A stretch of 63,686 bases of DNA from Perkinsus chesapeaki ATCC PRA-425 (taxonomy: Eukaryota; Protista; Perkinsozoa), in NCBI GenBank assembly GCA_013115145.1, contig JAAPAO010000143.1, positions 1 through 63,686 on the forward strand, in the 5' to 3' direction. Of the stretch, positions 22,237 to 37,200 are shown piece by piece (within the stretch, counting starts at the first letter, position 1; each line of letters opens with the position of its first letter). The notes beneath the pieces were generated by a model. That model worked only from the letters and a program-made list of their open reading frames with translations, was not told where the DNA came from and searched no databases. Position numbers and translations under genes: made by a program.

Positions 22237-25200
22237 ATGGTTGGCGGTAAAGGCAATGCAGGCGGGAAGGGCACGGGATCATTTCGACAGAAACTGCCTA
22301 CAGCAGGCGGAGGGGGACAAAGGGCTAGGCAGACAGGATGGAGCAAGAATATTGATGCCGGAGGAGGGAAAAAGTACGCTGGCCTCTGGAGCTCGTTTGC
22401 ATCTTGCACGCTTCGACCTGGGATATTTAGGCGTAGACTTGGCGATAGAGATATTACGTTAGAAGAGAAGTTTGGTATTGAAATACTTGAAGATGGTGAG
22501 GAGAGGATAGGTTATCTTTATAACGTCAAGGAGACCATCGCCCCTCCCAAGACCGCCGCTGTTAATGTTGATGATAATGATGATATGTCATCTGATGTTG
22601 TGGACATCAGTGCACTGCTGCTTTACTTCGTAAGTTTTTGTTCAACGTGTATCTTGTCTTTGGTGTCAACGACAATTGTAGCTCGGGTTTATGGATGATG
22701 ACACCGTCTCATCGTCCATAAACCCGAGCTACAATTTCCATTACTTCTTCGGCTCTATTAAAGGTTACTTTACGAACCTTCGGGTATTATTTGTGTGAAG
22801 GCCATCCTGCATAGTTGTAGATCTCATTTGGAAGCAATGCGGTAACCAGTTCCAAGGTGTTTATATCCCCCTAGGGTTCGATAAAATCGTCCCTGTGTAG
22901 CTTTGAATTTATGGACTCTACGTATCATAGGAACTTGCTTCACAGTGCAGTCGCTGTTCGGCATGTGTCCTTATAATTCCCTTACTACTGTCGCTGATGA
23001 AGATTCTGGGTTACTGTCAGATCCAAAAAGATGGTAACACTTTCCGGGCGACTTTCCGGTACAAGCCTTACTTCCTGGTTGACATCAATCCACAACTGGC
23101 CAACTACGACTATATGATGGATGTGAGTTCCTTAGGCAATGCGAGCTTCCGGTTCACCGTTGCGCTGTTTATTGTGAGTTGAGTCCAGTGGGATGCCGCT
23201 GAAGTCATTTTTGCACAGTTCACAGTTGCGCCTTCTCAGAGATAGGGTCTATATTTGCTAGCTAGTTCAAAGTGCGGCCTCATTTCAGATTCTAGGGCGA
23301 AGATTTGAACACCAGAAAGTTGCTGTCACCACAGTGCTCCGTCACAACTTGGCCGCAGTTGACCATTTGGCGCCAAATAGAATGTACAAATTGATAAAGT
23401 GCGAGTTCCCGAACACCGAACTGATGAACGATGCGCGGAGGTCGCTGGAGAGAATACTCAAAGCTAACAAGCTCAGAGTTAGCCACCTCGATCATTTGGA
23501 TGACAATGATCCTTTTAAAGATGGGGTAGGCGGAGCGAAGCGTTTTTTGTTTGGAATTTTTGTCACAGAGCATCTCAGCCGCTACTGGGGCCGATCCTAT
23601 GGACAGCATCATTGGTCTGTTTGAATACGATCTTATTCATGTGAGAGCTTGAGCAGGCCACTGTGGCTGATGGGTTGATGATGTTCAGACTGTTCGCACT
23701 TGCATTGATAATCATATACGGTGCGGGAAATGGTATAAAGTGAGCAGCACAGTGATGGGCTCGGTCAGTCTGAAAGTTGAAGAGGAGCTGCTCATGAAAC
23801 CACCACTGAGAATCTTTGCTTGGGATATTGAAACTTCGAAGGCACCGCTGAAATTCCCTGATGCTCAACAGGTAAGGTATTTTTTAGGGGATCGCACTAT
23901 AAATATTATTAATTATTATGAACGGTAAAATTGTCAGTATCGAATAGATCTTCCGCGAATGGGTTCACAGTGAATTGCTGAGCACTCGAACCTCGAGCAA
24001 GATATCAATAAGCTCCAGCTGTACATGCTTCAGTTTTCATATGGCGTAATATGGTCAATCGAATAGATTCATGTGCATCGACAATATTATAATATTTTTC
24101 CGCTTCAAAGTATCAAAGTCTAGCGCACTGCAGGTTATCTGCACCTTCATCTCGATACACTTTTTAAATTCAAATGCCGAACCTTTACGGCCACGTTGCT
24201 AGAATCTAAGATGCCAGTTTGTTGAGGTGGGGAGCGCCTTGCGAGTTTTCTCGCTTTCGGATACAACGGTATCTTCGGTGCATAAGAAAGCATCCAAGGA
24301 CATAGAGCTTGATTCTATCATTCTTGAGAGGGTGTGAAGTATCCCTTTTTAATTTGCTTCACACACTAGGAACATATCCTTACGAATGTACGAGTTAGAC
24401 GGCACAGGTGAATCTTCATACCGTACTTTCCACAAATTTTCATTGAATGCTCCCCTGGGTGACGCAGCACTATAATCGTATTGTATTAGGATGAGATCAT
24501 GATGGTATCGGTTATGGTTGATGGTGATGGATATCTTATTGTTAATCGTCAGCAAGTTCATGGGCACATCGAGGACTTTGAGTATTCGCCTAAGCCAGGT
24601 AAACAGCAATCTCTTGCTCGCTAGTGATACTATAACGGAGTAGAGCGTGTCTTAGTTGTGATCGATACGGGAAAATTCGCGGAAATATGCGAAACTCTGC
24701 CGGGAATCGAGAACTTCCTGGATCTTCTGTCGAGTATCTGTTTACGTTACAGTCACTGCATTACTCAACGTTGATGACCAAATTTGAGATAATCGAAATG
24801 GTTGATAAAATAAAAGGAGCAAGGCCCTGAGAGGAGCATTGAAATTTATTACTACAAATAGCAAGGATGTATCCGCCTGTTTGTTGTTGCTTCAGAATTT
24901 GAAGGCTTCTTCGAATGCATCAACTGTGACACCGAGAAGGAGCTTCTCATAGCCTTCTTCGATCTACTCCTGCGCACCCGTCCACACATCACAGTCACCT
25001 TTAACGGAGACTTCTTCGACTTGCCTTATGTTCATGATAGGGCCCAAATTAACTCACTTAACCTCTATCAACAGGTAAGGTCTTTCTCATACCGCTCTCT
25101 TCTCTTATCGTGCTATTTAGTGTGGTATATCAAGGCCGAGGAATGCTATAAAGGGAAGCGACAGCGATTTTTGGAGCGGAAAGTGAGGCAAAAAACTGAT

Positions 25201-28200
25201 ATCATTCTAGGGCGATTTGTAGGTTCATGACTCATATGGATTGCTTTTGTTGGGTTAAAAGAGATTCTTACCTTCCTCAAGGGTCACAAGGCCTGAAGGC
25301 CGTGACTAGGGCCAAGCTGAAGTACGACCCAGTTGAGCTTGATCCGGTAGGTTTGTCTTACCTTTGCCGGATGATGGAGTTGTGGATAGGAACTTATGGT
25401 GCCGTTTGCGAGGGAGAAGCCGCAGGAGTTGGCAAGCTACTCTGTGTCGGATGCGTTGGCGACTTATCATTTATATTGCAAGTACGGAGGAGCCGGGGAT
25501 CGAACTCGCGACCGCCTTTTGAACCGTAGGTATATCCATGACTTTGTATTCGCTCTGGCCTCTATCATCCCTATGAATCCTGATGATGTAAGCTACTCCC
25601 TACTATAACGTGCTTTCGCATCACTGATCAAGGTGCTTCGTCGAGGATCTGGCACGCTGTGTGAGGCATTGTTGATGGCCCAGGCAACGGAGGCAGGAGT
25701 GCTATACCCGAATAAGCACCAGCAGGCTAGATTAGCGTAATCCAGGCTAGGTGAAGGAAAGATGCTTGAGAGGTTGATTCAGGTACCATGATGGCAGATT
25801 GATAGAGACTTCTACTTATGAAGGTGGGAGAGTAGAATGTTTGAGAACGGGGATATTTCGGAGTGACATTAAAGAGAAGTAGGATTCAGCAGTCAGCTGG
25901 GTCATATCTTAGGTTGATGGGTGGATTACGCTTCTCATCTTGATGGATTCTCGTATCTATCCTTCGTTTCATAAAACACTCCTATTTTACGTTAGAGGAT
26001 TCAATTCTGGAGCCAATTTCACTGGCCCATTAGTGATCAGTAGGAGAATTTGCCACTACTGGGTCGAACAAAGGTTCCCCCGAAAAAAGTGTTCCCGAGC
26101 ATTGTGTTATACGACTCGTGTAGATATTTCCGCGAAACCAATGGCGTCTGAAAGCTCCTGCCAATGGGTTTCTAAGAGTATAATAACTACTAGGAGGTCG
26201 TACTTGGTTGTAGCAGCATGATCGGCTGTTGATTGATTGAAATATGTTACGGTATGTTAACCTATAGATCTGTTGTTGATAGCTCGTACTTAACTTTATT
26301 ACCATGTATATTATTCACTCATTTCAAAATATAATTGTTAAACTATAAAATATACGAGTAGACGGTCTACTGTAATCACTACCATCTGTCTATCTACCTA
26401 TTGGTTATCATCTCTCTTTTATACAACAGGTTCAGACTAGACGTCAATGCTATTGATGAGCTTATAGAATCGGCTGAGAAGACATGCAGATTTTTCGTGG
26501 AAAAGGAGGAAAAGCTAACAGTTGATGATGTCGAGAATTTCGAAGAGGTTCGCCGTCCTGCTGTCGGTGAGCGAACAGTCATCGTCAGGTTGTCAACGAT
26601 GTTGTGAGAGCTCTGCAGGGCCTGCGGGACGACCCTAATAGATCGGAGGAGCCTCTTATTTATCATCTAGATGTTGCCGCTATGTACCCTTGGCTCCCTC
26701 GGCACGGCGTGGTATGCAGTTGCGCAGGTATCCGAACATTATCCTGAGCAATAGGCTGCAACCTTCTGCGGTGGTGACTCCTGATTTCTGCAATCAATGT
26801 AGCTACTCTGATCCGCAACTGAAAAGTGATTGCAAAAGGAATATGGAGTGGAAATGGAGAGGTGGGAGAATAGATGATGATGTTGTTGTATAGTTGAGCA
26901 GGTGATCTTTATATGGCTACCAGAGCGGATGTACAGCATCAACAAAACGAGTTATCGGGACCCAGGCACAAGTAGGTTCACCGTTATTATAGACGGTTCT
27001 ATTTCCTACCCGTTCTTGTGAACTATACCTTGCAACGCATTTGGTGTTCTATTGATCATCTCCGATTGCCGTTAGCATCACTTACAAAATCCTACTGTTT
27101 TATAGTACAACTCATCTCCTTGAAGAAGAAGGCCAAATTTCTACATCGTTGAAGAGTTATCTGATGCAGGCTTCTGTGAGGGAAATTTACACCTTAACGG
27201 AGGAATGCTAATTGATGGTCCCACACCGCTGATAATGCATGTCTCTTTGCAATTCCATCCTCCATAATAAATGTCATATTCTTCATCGTACTATTTTTCA
27301 ACTGATCGTCTCCGATGGTGCATTAGTGCTAGGCATTAGTGGCCTCCCGTGGTAGGTACACAGCTACAGTAGTCGAGGCTGATGGTTCATCAACCGTCCG
27401 AAAGGTTGGATGGGATGAGCTTACTGAGCGAGAGCAGATGGATATACTAATCAAGAACGTCCGCAACTTCTCCCTGAAGGCTTACAAAAGAGTAAAGAGC
27501 TCGGTGTTTGAAGTGAAGACGGACACCGTGTGCCAAAGGGAGAACCCTTTTTACATTGATACCGTGCGGGCCTTCAGAGATAGAAGGTAGGGATTACAGC
27601 TGGAGAGGAGAAGTCGATTTTTAGGTACACATATAAGGGTTTGGTTAAGACTTGGGGCAAAAAGCTCGGTGAAGCTGAGGCCAGCCACGATGCCATTAAA
27701 GTGGTGGAGGCGAAGGATATGATATTATTGTTCGATTCTTTGCAATTGGCTCATAAGTGCATTCTTAATAGCTTCTATGGCTATGTTATGAGAAAGGGTG
27801 CAAGATGGCATTCGATGACTATGGCTGGTATTGTCACCTATACCGGCTCGGGGCTTATTAGAGAGGTAGGTATATCGTTACATGACCGTTGATGCAAAAA
27901 GCGACGTTTTGCCACGACGAAAGGATTCTACTAATAGGAGTTATAATTCTCTTTGAATAATTATCATTCGACGGCTTAGTCGGTAGCTATAGTGAGGAGT
28001 ATAGAGGGGAGAGTTGGATATGACCGCTTACCGGTTGTCGCCTGAAGTCTGGTACTCATACTTTGAACTATGAGAATCGACATTATTATGGGTACCTATC
28101 ATATTAATAACTATATAGTATGGTAAACATTAATATATAGTATCTCAACGACCTTATAATTTAATCTATCAGTGTCATTCGTTACTCACATTTCAGGCCA

Positions 28201-31200
28201 GAGCTTTCGTGGATCGCCTCGGCTTGCCACTGGAGCTCGATACCGATGGTATCTGGTGCATGCTGCCGAAAAGCTTTCCCGAGAACTTCCAGCTGAAATT
28301 GAAGTCCGGTAAAGTGATATCTATGCCTTATCCTTGTTCGGTGCTCAACGTTAGAGTCCACGAGAAGTAGGGCATCCTAGTTGGTAGCGGATGCATATAA
28401 GACGGCTGGTGGCTTTAGGTATACTAATCATCAATACCAAGACCTCGAGGCTGATGGAACCTATGCGAAATCTTCACAGAATTCTATCTTTTTTGAAATT
28501 GATGGACCGTATAAGTGCATGGTGAGTGCTGCCATTGTGCCGTATTGGGTTTAAAATGCTGAAACTACCCCACGAATGTGTTGGATTGTCTTTGCCGTAT
28601 TTTCCCTTCTATCTGGTGTATGCGAGACCCTATACGTTGTTAAATTGTTCATCATATACTCTGTAGGCTCCATTTATATCGTATGTCTTTGGACGATCTT
28701 CCGATCCTACTTCGGTTTCGGACGCCAGTGCTTGTCAGTTACTGCCGGCCTCGACTGAAGAGGATCGATTATTGAAGAAACGTTACGCAGTGTTTAACGA
28801 AGACGGCAGCCTAGCAGAGCTGAAGGGATTCGAGATAAAGCGGCGCGGTGAATTAAAGCTGATACAGGTATAGCTAGCAGCTAGAGGTGTCAGAAAAAAT
28901 GGTTGCGGTGCGTAGGTATTCCAGGAGGAACTTTTCCCGAAGTGCTTGGAGGGCAATAATATCGAAGAAGCATACTCTAGAGTTGGAGAAGTAGCGAATA
29001 GGTGGTTGGAGGTAAGAAGTGGTTCTCCATCGTCAAAGTGAATGCCTAAGAGTATAAGACAGTTTGGCCGAGTGGTCCAAGGCGGTGGCTTTAGGCGCCA
29101 TTCCGAAAGGGCGCGGGTTCGAACCCCGCAGCTGTCACTTATAAATCAGGTTCTGGATACAAAAGGAGCTTCCTTGACTGACGAGGAAGTTATCCACCTC
29201 ATATCTGAGAAGAAGACCATGTCGAAGAGTGTTGAGGATTCCGGTACGCTAAAAAGTACCAGTATAACCACAGCCACCCGAATGGCTGAGTTCCTCGGTA
29301 AGTAGGATTAGAGTTTACCTTTATCGTTTTCGTTATTAGGTTCATCTATCCTTCGAGAGAAAGGCATATCTTGTCATCTTATTATAGCACGTAAACCACT
29401 AGGAGCTACACCAACTGAGAGAGCTATTCCTGTTAATATATTTAGTGCAGAAGAAAAGGTTAAAACTACGTAAGTCATAATAGTTTCTTGAGCCTTCGAC
29501 CTTATGGAGATACCTTTACTTTTAGCAAGTCCCTTTATATCTATACCTTTACTTTTAACAAGTCCCTTTATATCTATACCTTTACTTTTAACAAGTCCCT
29601 TTNNNNNNNNNNNNNNNNNNNNNNNNNNNNNNNNNNNNNNNNNNNNNNNNNNNNNNNNNNNNNNNNNNNNNNNNNNNNNNNNNNNNNNNNNNNNNNNNNN
29701 NNACTTTTAACAAGTCCCTTTATATCTATACCTTTACTTTTAACAAGTCCCTTTATATCTATACCTTTACTTTTAGCAAGTCCTTTTATATCTATACCTT
29801 CACGCCCACCGCCTGTTTTTCTGATATGATACCTGGTGTTTGTTCCCGGTAGCATCTCTGGTATCTTCGTTAGATACCTTCGTAAATGGATGGGAGATCC
29901 TTCTATTCGTAACTTTGATATTCGTGAGATAATAGATTGGCAATATTACAGGACAAGGCTCGGCGCAGCTATACAGAAGATTATCAGCATCCCTGGTAGG
30001 GCAGTACTCCCGATAATCCCTAGTGTGTTTGCTCCAGCTATGAATCAGCACGTTAAGAATCCTTGCCCATCCGTAGAGCTGCCACAATGGGCTAAGAAGC
30101 GTGTAAGGGAAAGAGAAGATACGTTCAAGTAGGCCTACTACTTTGGGGATGAAGGTTTATTGCATCTACTTCGTTGGGTCCGCTGTATTGGCTATTATTG
30201 GCAGTGTATTTATTACTATTAACATACCTGTAATTAAGAAAAATAGATGTTGATAAGAATATATAGAAATATTATAATAAATAAAAGCAACTAGGTCTCT
30301 TTGACAGTGCCAGACTTTACTGTTGTTAGGCAGAAGAAGATAACTGATATGTTCGCAAGAATGGCTTCCAAGCCTGCAGCTAAAAGCTCCAGAAAGAAGG
30401 TTGCAATTCAGGCAGCTGCCTCATCATCATCTAGTTCATCGTCGAGCTCTAGTGTCAATGCCTTGCCTGACAGTGCCACTGCTATGGATATTGAAGAGGT
30501 AGCTTGGTCGACGACAAGTGTGACGACTGTTAGTAGTGACTTATGGTATCAGTCGGTTTGCACTACACAGTTTTACTAAGGAGTTGCCAGAGCATATGTG
30601 CTGGATACGTATACAAAAGCGCATTTGTAATTTTTATAGTGCATAATACGGTATCCATCCATGTTACTAATAAGCCGCACACGGTGATGAATACATTCCG
30701 CATTGGGACCCAATATACCCACTTCTGCCATTCTTGGGGTCCTATATTGTCTCGTGTGCCGTTTATAGAAGTCTTAGTCAGATTTCCGTATCCTCATCGT
30801 GCATAGCTCTGAAACTACAATGCTAGGTAATAGCACCACCGCCAGCAGCAGCAGCAGCTGAGGAAGACTTCCCGGCTGAGCCCTCCTCGCCGATCGTCGA
30901 CGTTGAGGACTTGCCTCTTGAAGGAGCAGCTGCATTACTGAGGCCTGCAAGGGATGAACCTGTCAATTGGAAGAAGGTAACGAAATACCTACTGGGGACG
31001 TTAATTGGTATTTGTTCAGAAACAAGCCCAGAACCTTAGGGAGAGACAGCATGGCACTAGGCAACATAAAGAGGCACTGAAGGAGAGGATGGCTAAGGCA
31101 CAGCAGAGGTAGGTTATAAATGTTGATAGTTCCGCCTGTATAAGAATGTGCTCAAAGCTCGCTTGAAAGACTATGTTTTTACGTGATGCTTGATAGGCTA

Positions 31201-34200
31201 GTCACATTCAAATTTCGTTAGCGTTCTGTGTTCAAAAATGTCTCGTTATCTCTCATGGGTTTTTTATATTGGCAAAATCCTGACTGTCCTTCCGCGAACA
31301 AGCTACTGAATACAATGCGAAGGTGAGCTTGTATCACGGAAAACGAACAACTGAGACAGAATGATTCAAGGAGTATGAAATAGATGTTAACAATCATCTG
31401 ACGAGCTGATTATTTGGCTTAAATTCGTCATAGGGGGAATACTCTTCAACTTTCGGAGCGATCGATAGTACACTGATAAAAACCAGTCAACCACATGCAA
31501 CATACTTTCTACACTGAATTGCTGCGATAATGCGTTTTTACTACGGTCGGCATTGAGCACTCATAATGAGTAGCTGAGAGACTTGGTACTGAAGGAAGAT
31601 GGTCTTTGGTCAGGTTGGGGGCAATGGCTGGTCAGGCTCAAGATGATGATGGTGCGAATCATTCCAGTAGATGGTGGGTTTTGGCATTTCCGAATGAAGT
31701 CATCAGGTAACCCACCGACTGGGCCTACACCGACAAGTGGTGTGTGGAGCATGACCAATAGGAAACTTGCTGTAGCTACATGGTGAGCTGTTTCGTATCT
31801 TACTACCTTTAAGTTAAGATACTTCTAGGCATATCCTTGGTTGTGAGCCCATGACCTCTGCTGGATCGAGTACGGTGATGCTGTGGGTTAAAACGGCCGA
31901 CAGCCCAACAGTGTATCGCATCGCTCTCAAGCTTGGAAGGAGGCGAGTTTACCATCCTTAATTCGACCTAGGATTTGCCATCAGATTCCTGGCAGCACTG
32001 GGCGATAGCAAACAGATCGATGAGCTCTTAGATGCCATCGGCCTTGAGAAGGTATCCTTGCGGGTGCGCAACTTGTACGATCCTCACGCTTCAGATCGAG
32101 ACCACCTCCCAACTAAGTGGCGGCTTGGAGCTCCCTCGGCATCTGCTTACTGAAAGCGCTTTCGAGGTGCCATCGGTTGATTCTAGTCTTTTCTTAGGTT
32201 GCCTTTTGTAGGTGACTTTGAAGCCGTCCGTTAGTGCCGCGTGGCTAGGGGAGCTATGTCGAGCTGTACCGCCGTCACTAAGAGGAGTTAAACTGTTCGA
32301 GTGCCCAGATTCAGGCTCCTTGGTATTCGAAGTGGAGACGAGGATCACTAATACAGTAGCTTGGCGGTATTGTGCAACTGTCTCCAAAAAGTGCGCAGGT
32401 TCAATTTTACGACCCGACAAAAGTGCCAGATTCCTTCTTTAGTGATCTCAAGCTCGATTCGGCCAGGAATGTAAATCGCGGCCAACCGAGGCGGTTGAGG
32501 GGGAACCTTCTTTTTAGTTGCGATCGTGTACTGATAAGTACCTTCCCGTACAGCAGCCGCCGCCGAGACATTGCTATGTGTAAGTGCTGCTGCCATCTTA
32601 CCGTTTAATGCAGTTGGTATTTAGTACTCATATTTGTTCCCGCTTCTTCGATGAGTTATTATACGTGGGATTCGCTCTTTTGGGTCAGTGGTCATTGGAG
32701 ACATTGCCTTCCGCTAAGTTGGCTGCACCGCATTAGGGTATTTAGTTCAAGCGTTAGTTTCGGAGGACCTTTGAGAGTGAGCATCGTATGGCGCCGTTTG
32801 TGATTGTCGGGGTACCATAAGTATCTGTATTATTGCTACGCCTCTACTGATTGACTACCACTATTGTGCCGGGTGGGCTGCTCATCAATGCAGTTACGGC
32901 AGGTACTTCATGACGGCTTATGATGCAGCTATCGACTATACTAGGATATTCGCTGCAGCGTAGCCATCTTTTAGATAAGGTGTGACACCGGATTAGTGTG
33001 GTTAGATATCTCCCTACTGGTATGGCCTATGCTGAGGCTGTGGGGGAAGTGAGAGTCTATGTATGTGGGACAGAGCGAGAGCAAGAGTAAGTTACAACCA
33101 TACACGAGGACGTTCTCCACGCACCAGTATTCGATGCTTTTCAATGCCTTTGAATATCTGTGAGCTGCTATCCCAGTGGACTGGAGTAGAGGAACTTTGA
33201 AGATTTGTTCACAGTCCTGGGGGCCGCTCCTATGTGGCGATTTGTACTCATCCCTACACTGGTGTCCTCAGGGTGTCCGATACCAGCATCGATAGAATCT
33301 TCCGAGAATCATTGTTGGCTGCTATCGGCGAGGACAATGTTGCCGCCTTGGACCGCATAGCTCCAGCTCAAGTAGGCTGGCCGAATCTCTAGGGGGCATG
33401 CCTGGGCAGGTGGAATACTCGGAGACACCTACACAATTGCAAGGGTTGATGGAACAACAGATCTCCACATGGCAGAGACGCCACGGAGCTATGGTCAGCA
33501 AGAGGCGCGCCTCCCGTTCCATACCGACTTCTCGTCAGATCGCTGTGGTAACTAGCAATAGTGATGACCCACGGCATATGTCTCCGCCCTTCATTCCTAT
33601 CGAGTCGGCAATAATGCGTACACCGGTGAGGCTGAAGATCCTGCTGATGGTGATGATATATATTTCAGCTTGGACCAGCTGATGCAGACTTCCCTCCTAT
33701 CGATTGGGTGCGATGGAATTTGAGAAGATGGTCGAGACGTTTGCCAAGACTGCAAGGGTGGTTCAAGAATGACAGGTGATTGGTCTTACGTAATCACTCC
33801 GGAATCGGCAGTGTCAGATTATGGCTCGCTAGACTCAGTGGCATTCCCGTCTGTTGCTTCCCTGCGAATCAGAATGAAGCCGTAGCGGCCGCCTGGGACG
33901 TTATGTTCGCTAAAGGGTAAGCTGAGGCTTAAGCTTTCATTACTGTGATGCATTCGTTTTAAGTGCCAAAGACCAAGGACTGACACTCAGTACAACTCGA
34001 CAGGAAGAGGTAAGCTCTCCATGCTGGCAGCTTCGTAATGACGATTCAGGTCACCCGAGTTGATCTAGCGGAGACATCAGAGCTTCTATTGGAGGCCAAG
34101 ACTGGCAGACCAGACCTAGGCGACGTTGCCGAGGTGAGGTACGCCTATCAACCTTTTGTGTATCTTTTTGAATAGATTAACAACCCTGGTATCTATCGAT

Positions 34201-37200
34201 CAGTATGCCTTAGCATCGACCTCAACAGCACAGTCTGCATAACCGCCTTAGTTAAAGCACAGCAACTATCAGACTTGTACTTTTCATCCTTCCCGTATTC
34301 CGCTAAGCGTCCTCAGGTTCGGAGGCGAGCTGTCCCGTCAGCGTGCAGTTGTCACTGCGGGCGGTGCTTTAGGGGGTAGGGTTACTACCTTGAGCATCGT
34401 GGCTCTTATAGATCTGTCAGGCTCGGCAGCGCAGCCACCTGAGTACACTGAAACCGGCCTTACTGACTTGATAGATGTCAACGCTGGTGTACCAGCAATA
34501 GCCGATGGTGGCGATATCTCTGTGGCTTCGACTAAAGTAACCCTACTGGGATTCGAACCTGTGCACCATTGCTGCTCAGACTTTCACCTGCCTTCTTCGT
34601 GCAGTGGAGCAGTTGTATTCCCGCGGCAGAGCAGCCGAGGCTAAGCTGATAAAACTGCTTAATGAGCCCAAAACCGAGGCTGACAAACTTCGACGAGATC
34701 AACAGATAGCCGACGGTGACTTTACTGCTCTCCGTTCTTACCATTGTCATTGCAGGCTCTCATGCCGCGGCAGTAGAGGCGCTAGAATGCGAGCTGAAGC
34801 AAATACAAGTCCTCCTAGATGGCGTCTACCCGTGGGTATGTGACTCCACCTCATGCGGCAGATTGTCCGATAGAAGCATTCGCGACAAGGTTGGCCTATT
34901 GTCTTTGCTGTTTAAAGATACTCTCTGATCAGGTCCTTCAGTTTATGTCGTATGTTCTGAGGTTACTAGTATCGGAGCTTAAGCGATCAGCGGGAAGTAT
35001 CGAGCTGGTCTATGCCAGCTGTACCAAGCTTATTATCTCTACCGGCAGAGTGCGCCCCCACCTCATTCGCCCAGCTGAGATTCTTCTATCAGATATCAGT
35101 TGCCGATGTCACTCGTGTGTGGAAGTCCATCCAAAGTGTCGTTATGAACCACGCGGTCCTGGAGCCCCTTAGTCCGGTGTTCCAAGATGTCTCTGCCATC
35201 GGTACGATCATTTGAGCTATTTTCGATCAAGTTCTGCCTCTCAGATATGTGTGCGTACGGTCTACTGTGGATGGATCCGGCCAACTGGTCAGCCCTGCCA
35301 ACTGATCCTTCTACTGGATCGGTCAACTCTGAATGGGAAATTGATGCGAACTGGAAGATGGCAGAGTTCCTCCCCAATGCCATGCGAGCTCCCTTCTATG
35401 TGTAAGCCCTTCGCAGCAGAGGTGGCTTTCATATAGGACTTAGATTCTGCTCGGAGTACTTGGTAAACTGCATGAAGGCGATGGTGCAGTTGAGGAACGG
35501 CAAAAGACTGGTTACTCTAGAAGAGAAGGTACCCTCATTGGCAGTCCTAGCTTCATAGGAGTCGCCTTCTAGACTCGGAAGAAACGACGGAGGGCCCAGG
35601 AGATTCAACAAAGAGAGGAAGAGATAGCAGTAGGGATATAGTATCGGCTGAGGTACCACCTTTGTGATGTGTTAGGAAGCCACAGACGCCCAGGCTCAAG
35701 CACGCTGCGAGCTGGACGACCTGATGGATGACGAAAGAGCACGAGGGGACGCTGTTGATGAGGGAGAGGATGAGGCCAATCCCAGCGGCGGCGCTGCTGA
35801 TGTTATGACAGACCAGCAAATCATGGCAGAGGTCCAGGCATATGCTTGCAACACAAGTGAGATCTGCCGCAACGGCAGTTTTTCATTGCTGTGGTCAGTC
35901 CTGCCGGAGCTGCGACAGAAGCTTTATCGATATGTATCTAATGTAACACAAGTCATGCAGAATGACGAGGCCGCAGTAAGAATCGCCATACCGCTCTTCT
36001 CTCTATTTTTCGTATTAGATGGCGGAGTTGAGGCGTCGTGTGAGTGAGGGGGAGGAGAGCGATTATTCATCTGAAGATGAGGAATCTCTGAACAGCGATG
36101 ACGAAGACTTCCAGGTTGGCTATTGTGCTGTTATCGTCGTCAGTGAGTGTGGTCATTGCAGCTGTCCCGGAAGGAGAGGCTTGAGAAGCGTCTTCAGCAG
36201 TGCGTTATGAAGTGGGAATTCCCCATGCAGGCTGCTGCGGTAGAGCGACCGATAGCCTCGTACCACTTAACTTCAAATTCAGGCGAGGGCAGCGGCCAAT
36301 GAGTCGAGGCATGTCGGGCGAGCGAAGTTCTCAGATGATCCTGTGTTGGAATTTGTGAAATGCTTGACACATGTATGAGCCTTGTCTCATTACTCGTCGT
36401 GGATACTTGTTCCTACCAGGTCCTCGGTCTCGATTCTAGCAACGCTCAGATCGCAGATTTGGTGCACTCCATTCGCAATGATTTGATTCAACTTCTGAGG
36501 AAGAATGTCTTCTCGGAGGAAGCACAATACTCATCACCGATACCACTCATTCGGGCTGCTACGCTTACTGATGTACCCCCGTCTAGTGGCTCTGTTCCCC
36601 TTAGCAAGACCTGCCTCAGGTGCTTTGCTATAAGTGCCATAGAACTAGTAACATAGATGTCAATACAAGCCCCACGAAGGAGCCCGGCATTTGGGAGTGT
36701 CCCTCGTGCCAACAAAGGTGCGTTTCGATTCCTCTCTTTAATAGAGCTTAGAGAATGAAGCGATCTCGATTTTCTTGCTGCCTCAGTTATGATAAAGATG
36801 CTATTGAAGGGAGGCTGGTCGAGTCTGCCCATTTGGTGGTATATGCCTGGCAGACCCAACAAATCATCTGTGGGAAGTGTCGCCGAGCCAAGCACGCTAA
36901 CTTGTCCAAATTTTGCAAATGCAGTGGAGACTGGTGAGTAACCGAATATAGTCTCTAGGAGTGCCACGTCTTCAGGGTGTGCCGCATCTCACGGGAGGAG
37001 GCCGTTATGGCACTGAAGTCCCTCCATTCCGTGGCGTTGGTTCAGCAACTACCTTGGTTGACAGAGACAACTGATCTGTATGGCCTCCCCTCTTTGGCAC
37101 GGATGACTGTTAGTAGGTACGTTCACATGCTACAAGCGAAGGAGGCGGGAGCGCCGACTACGGCTCCAGTGCGACGAGCATTTGTGAAAAGCAGTGCAGC

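Noticed and set aside
20859-29800. CRISPR-like arrays at the two regular repeats
   Set aside because: Head-to-tail units with no unique spacers, eukaryotic context, no cas genes.
32958-32972. Partial spliced-leader match CGTAGCCATCTT
   Set aside because: Only 12 nt, lacks GGCTCAAG, lies within POLE.
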